From positions 50,716,001 to 50,780,000 of the forward strand of contig NC_043001.1 of the NCBI RefSeq assembly GCF_006345805.1: a stretch of DNA of 64,000 bases, written 5' to 3'. Positions 62,460-64,000 of the stretch are shown piece after piece. How positions within the stretch are numbered: position 1 is the stretch's first letter; the number at the start of each line of letters is the position of its first letter. Made by a program: the position numbers and the translations under genes. This DNA comes from Octopus sinensis (taxonomy: Eukaryota). The notes below the pieces were generated by a model. It searched no databases and had not been told where the DNA came from. It worked only from the letters and a program-made list of their open reading frames with translations.

Positions 62460-63647
62460 CGAGGTGGTATCAAAAAGTTCCTGGAATATTTATGTTTAAT
62501 TTAAAAAAAACTTATTTACTTAAATTTTAACAGAATTTCCTTCAAAATAGTCACCTTGCGCAGCAATATACCGGTCCCAACGTTCCTGTCACTTTTGGAA
62601 TCCGGCCTGGAAGTCGTTTTCCGTAAGAAAGTCGAGGACCTACAATTCACTCTGGATCTCGACAATGGTGTTAAAACGGTGACCTTGAGCTGTATTTTCA
62701 TCTTGGAGGAGAGATGGAAGTATACAGGTGCTAAATCTGGAGAATAGTGCAGGTACGGAAGCCCTACTATGTTGATATGGGCGAAAAACTCACGAGTGAG
62801 GAGAGCTTGGTGACAGGGTGCACTGTTGTCGAGAAGAATCCAGTTCTTCGCGCTCCACAGATCCAGTCGCATTCGCCGAATGTCCTCCTTCAGGCGCTTC
62901 AAAACGTTGCAGTAGAACTCTCGATGAACGGTCTGACCTTGGGTAATGAATTATCGATGCACAATACCACATTTCCGTGGGTGACGCTCGTGGCAGGTCT
63001 TCAAGATCGCTCATCGTCTTCCTGGGACGTTCTTCAGGTCTTGAAGTGCCCATGCAACTTGAAATATTGCGTGCCGAAGAATGCTTAATGTTTCTGTAGC
63101 AGACTTCTCAAGTTTAACGCAAAATCTCGCGTTGGCTCTTTGTTACAACTTCCTGTCCATGACAATATCGCAGACTACAGCATACATCACCGTGATCACC
63201 GTGACCGACCAGGCTATCAGATGTTGCTACACGTCGCTGGTCACAATGCGCTTCGCATCGTTTTAGCCTTTAAATAATGCCACCCCGCTGGCTAAGCGAG
63301 CATGCCAACAGAAGAGTGAGAGAAAGTTGTGGTGAAAGAGTACAGCAGGGGTCGTCACCACCCCACTGCCGGAGCCTCGCGGAGCTTTAGGTGTTTTCGC
63401 TCAATAAACACTCACAACGCCCGGTCTGGGAATCGAAACCGCGAGTCCGCTGCCCTAACCACTGGGCCATTGCACCTCCACAGAGCATACACTTGATCAC
63501 AAAAACACAAATTTTACAACTTGCGAAGTAAACATAGCGATATCACTAGGGCACACTGCCTGATAAAGGTCACTGCTCACGCAACCCTGTGCTGCCATCT
63601 GTTGTTGCGCTACAGAACTAGTCAGGGTGTTTTTTGATACCACCTCG
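62460..63647 (-). mobile_element. mariner relic, internally deleted, with a nested SINE at about 63285-63482
   Basis: TA-flanked TIRs cgaggtggtatcaaaaa / tttttgataccacctcg; WILLDNSAPCH, HYSPDLAPVYFHL. Confidence 0.9.
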
Positions 63648-63846
63648 TATATATCCTTGTTGGTGGTGGTGGTCGTGTTGCTATAAACACACACACACAC
63701 CGTTGGTAAAGATACTGTTATCATGGCCATTGTCATTAATGGAAGCGCTGCCATTGCTGTTACAGATGTCATTGGCGATGGCTCTGCTGCTATTTCCGTT
63801 AGGGATACAGCCGATACGGTCGTTGCTGCTGTTATTGGAACTGTGT

Positions 63847-63877
<31 letters not shown>

Positions 63878-63914
63878 TTATACATGAATAAATAACATAA
63901 AATAAATGCGCCCT

Positions 63915-64000
63915 TTTAAAGCCTAGGCCGGCTCATGGGCCCGGTTTCCCGGTTTCTATGGCGTATGTGTTCCCCAGCTGGACGGGACGCCAGTCCATCA
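63915..64000 (-). mobile_element. SINE family C tail, running off the window
   Basis: ggcccggtttcccggtttc...ctggacgggacgccagtccatc. Confidence 0.75.

Overview
AT-rich, microsatellite-dense eukaryotic (metazoan) DNA with no confidently identifiable intact host gene. The SINE families and simple-repeat landscape resemble cephalopod (Octopus-like) genomes; this assignment is an inference. Nearly all recognisable content is transposon-derived: several Tc1/mariner relics (two rebuilt with two 3' ends or two 5' ends), hAT and piggyBac MITEs, three Gypsy LTR relics, APE-type LINE ends, three distinct restriction-like-endonuclease (RLE) LINE types, and four or more tRNA-derived SINE families. Two RLE types sit in specific microsatellites, (TAA)n and (TATG)n. 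The most striking pattern is a high density of type I hammerhead-ribozyme (HHR) motifs tied to fold-back insertions. These include an apparently intact HHR at 58547-58646, a 1.1-kb Penelope GIY-YIG palindrome with mirrored HHR-like motifs, and a tRNA-headed SINE with a minimal HHR in its tail, all three loci of which carry an inverted copy of part of the element upstream (a candidate Penelope-mobilised, ribozyme-bearing SINE). There is also a near-perfect 2-kb inverted duplication at 47033-49065. Alignments, translations and folds were done by eye; element boundaries are approximate unless a TSD or TIR is quoted.
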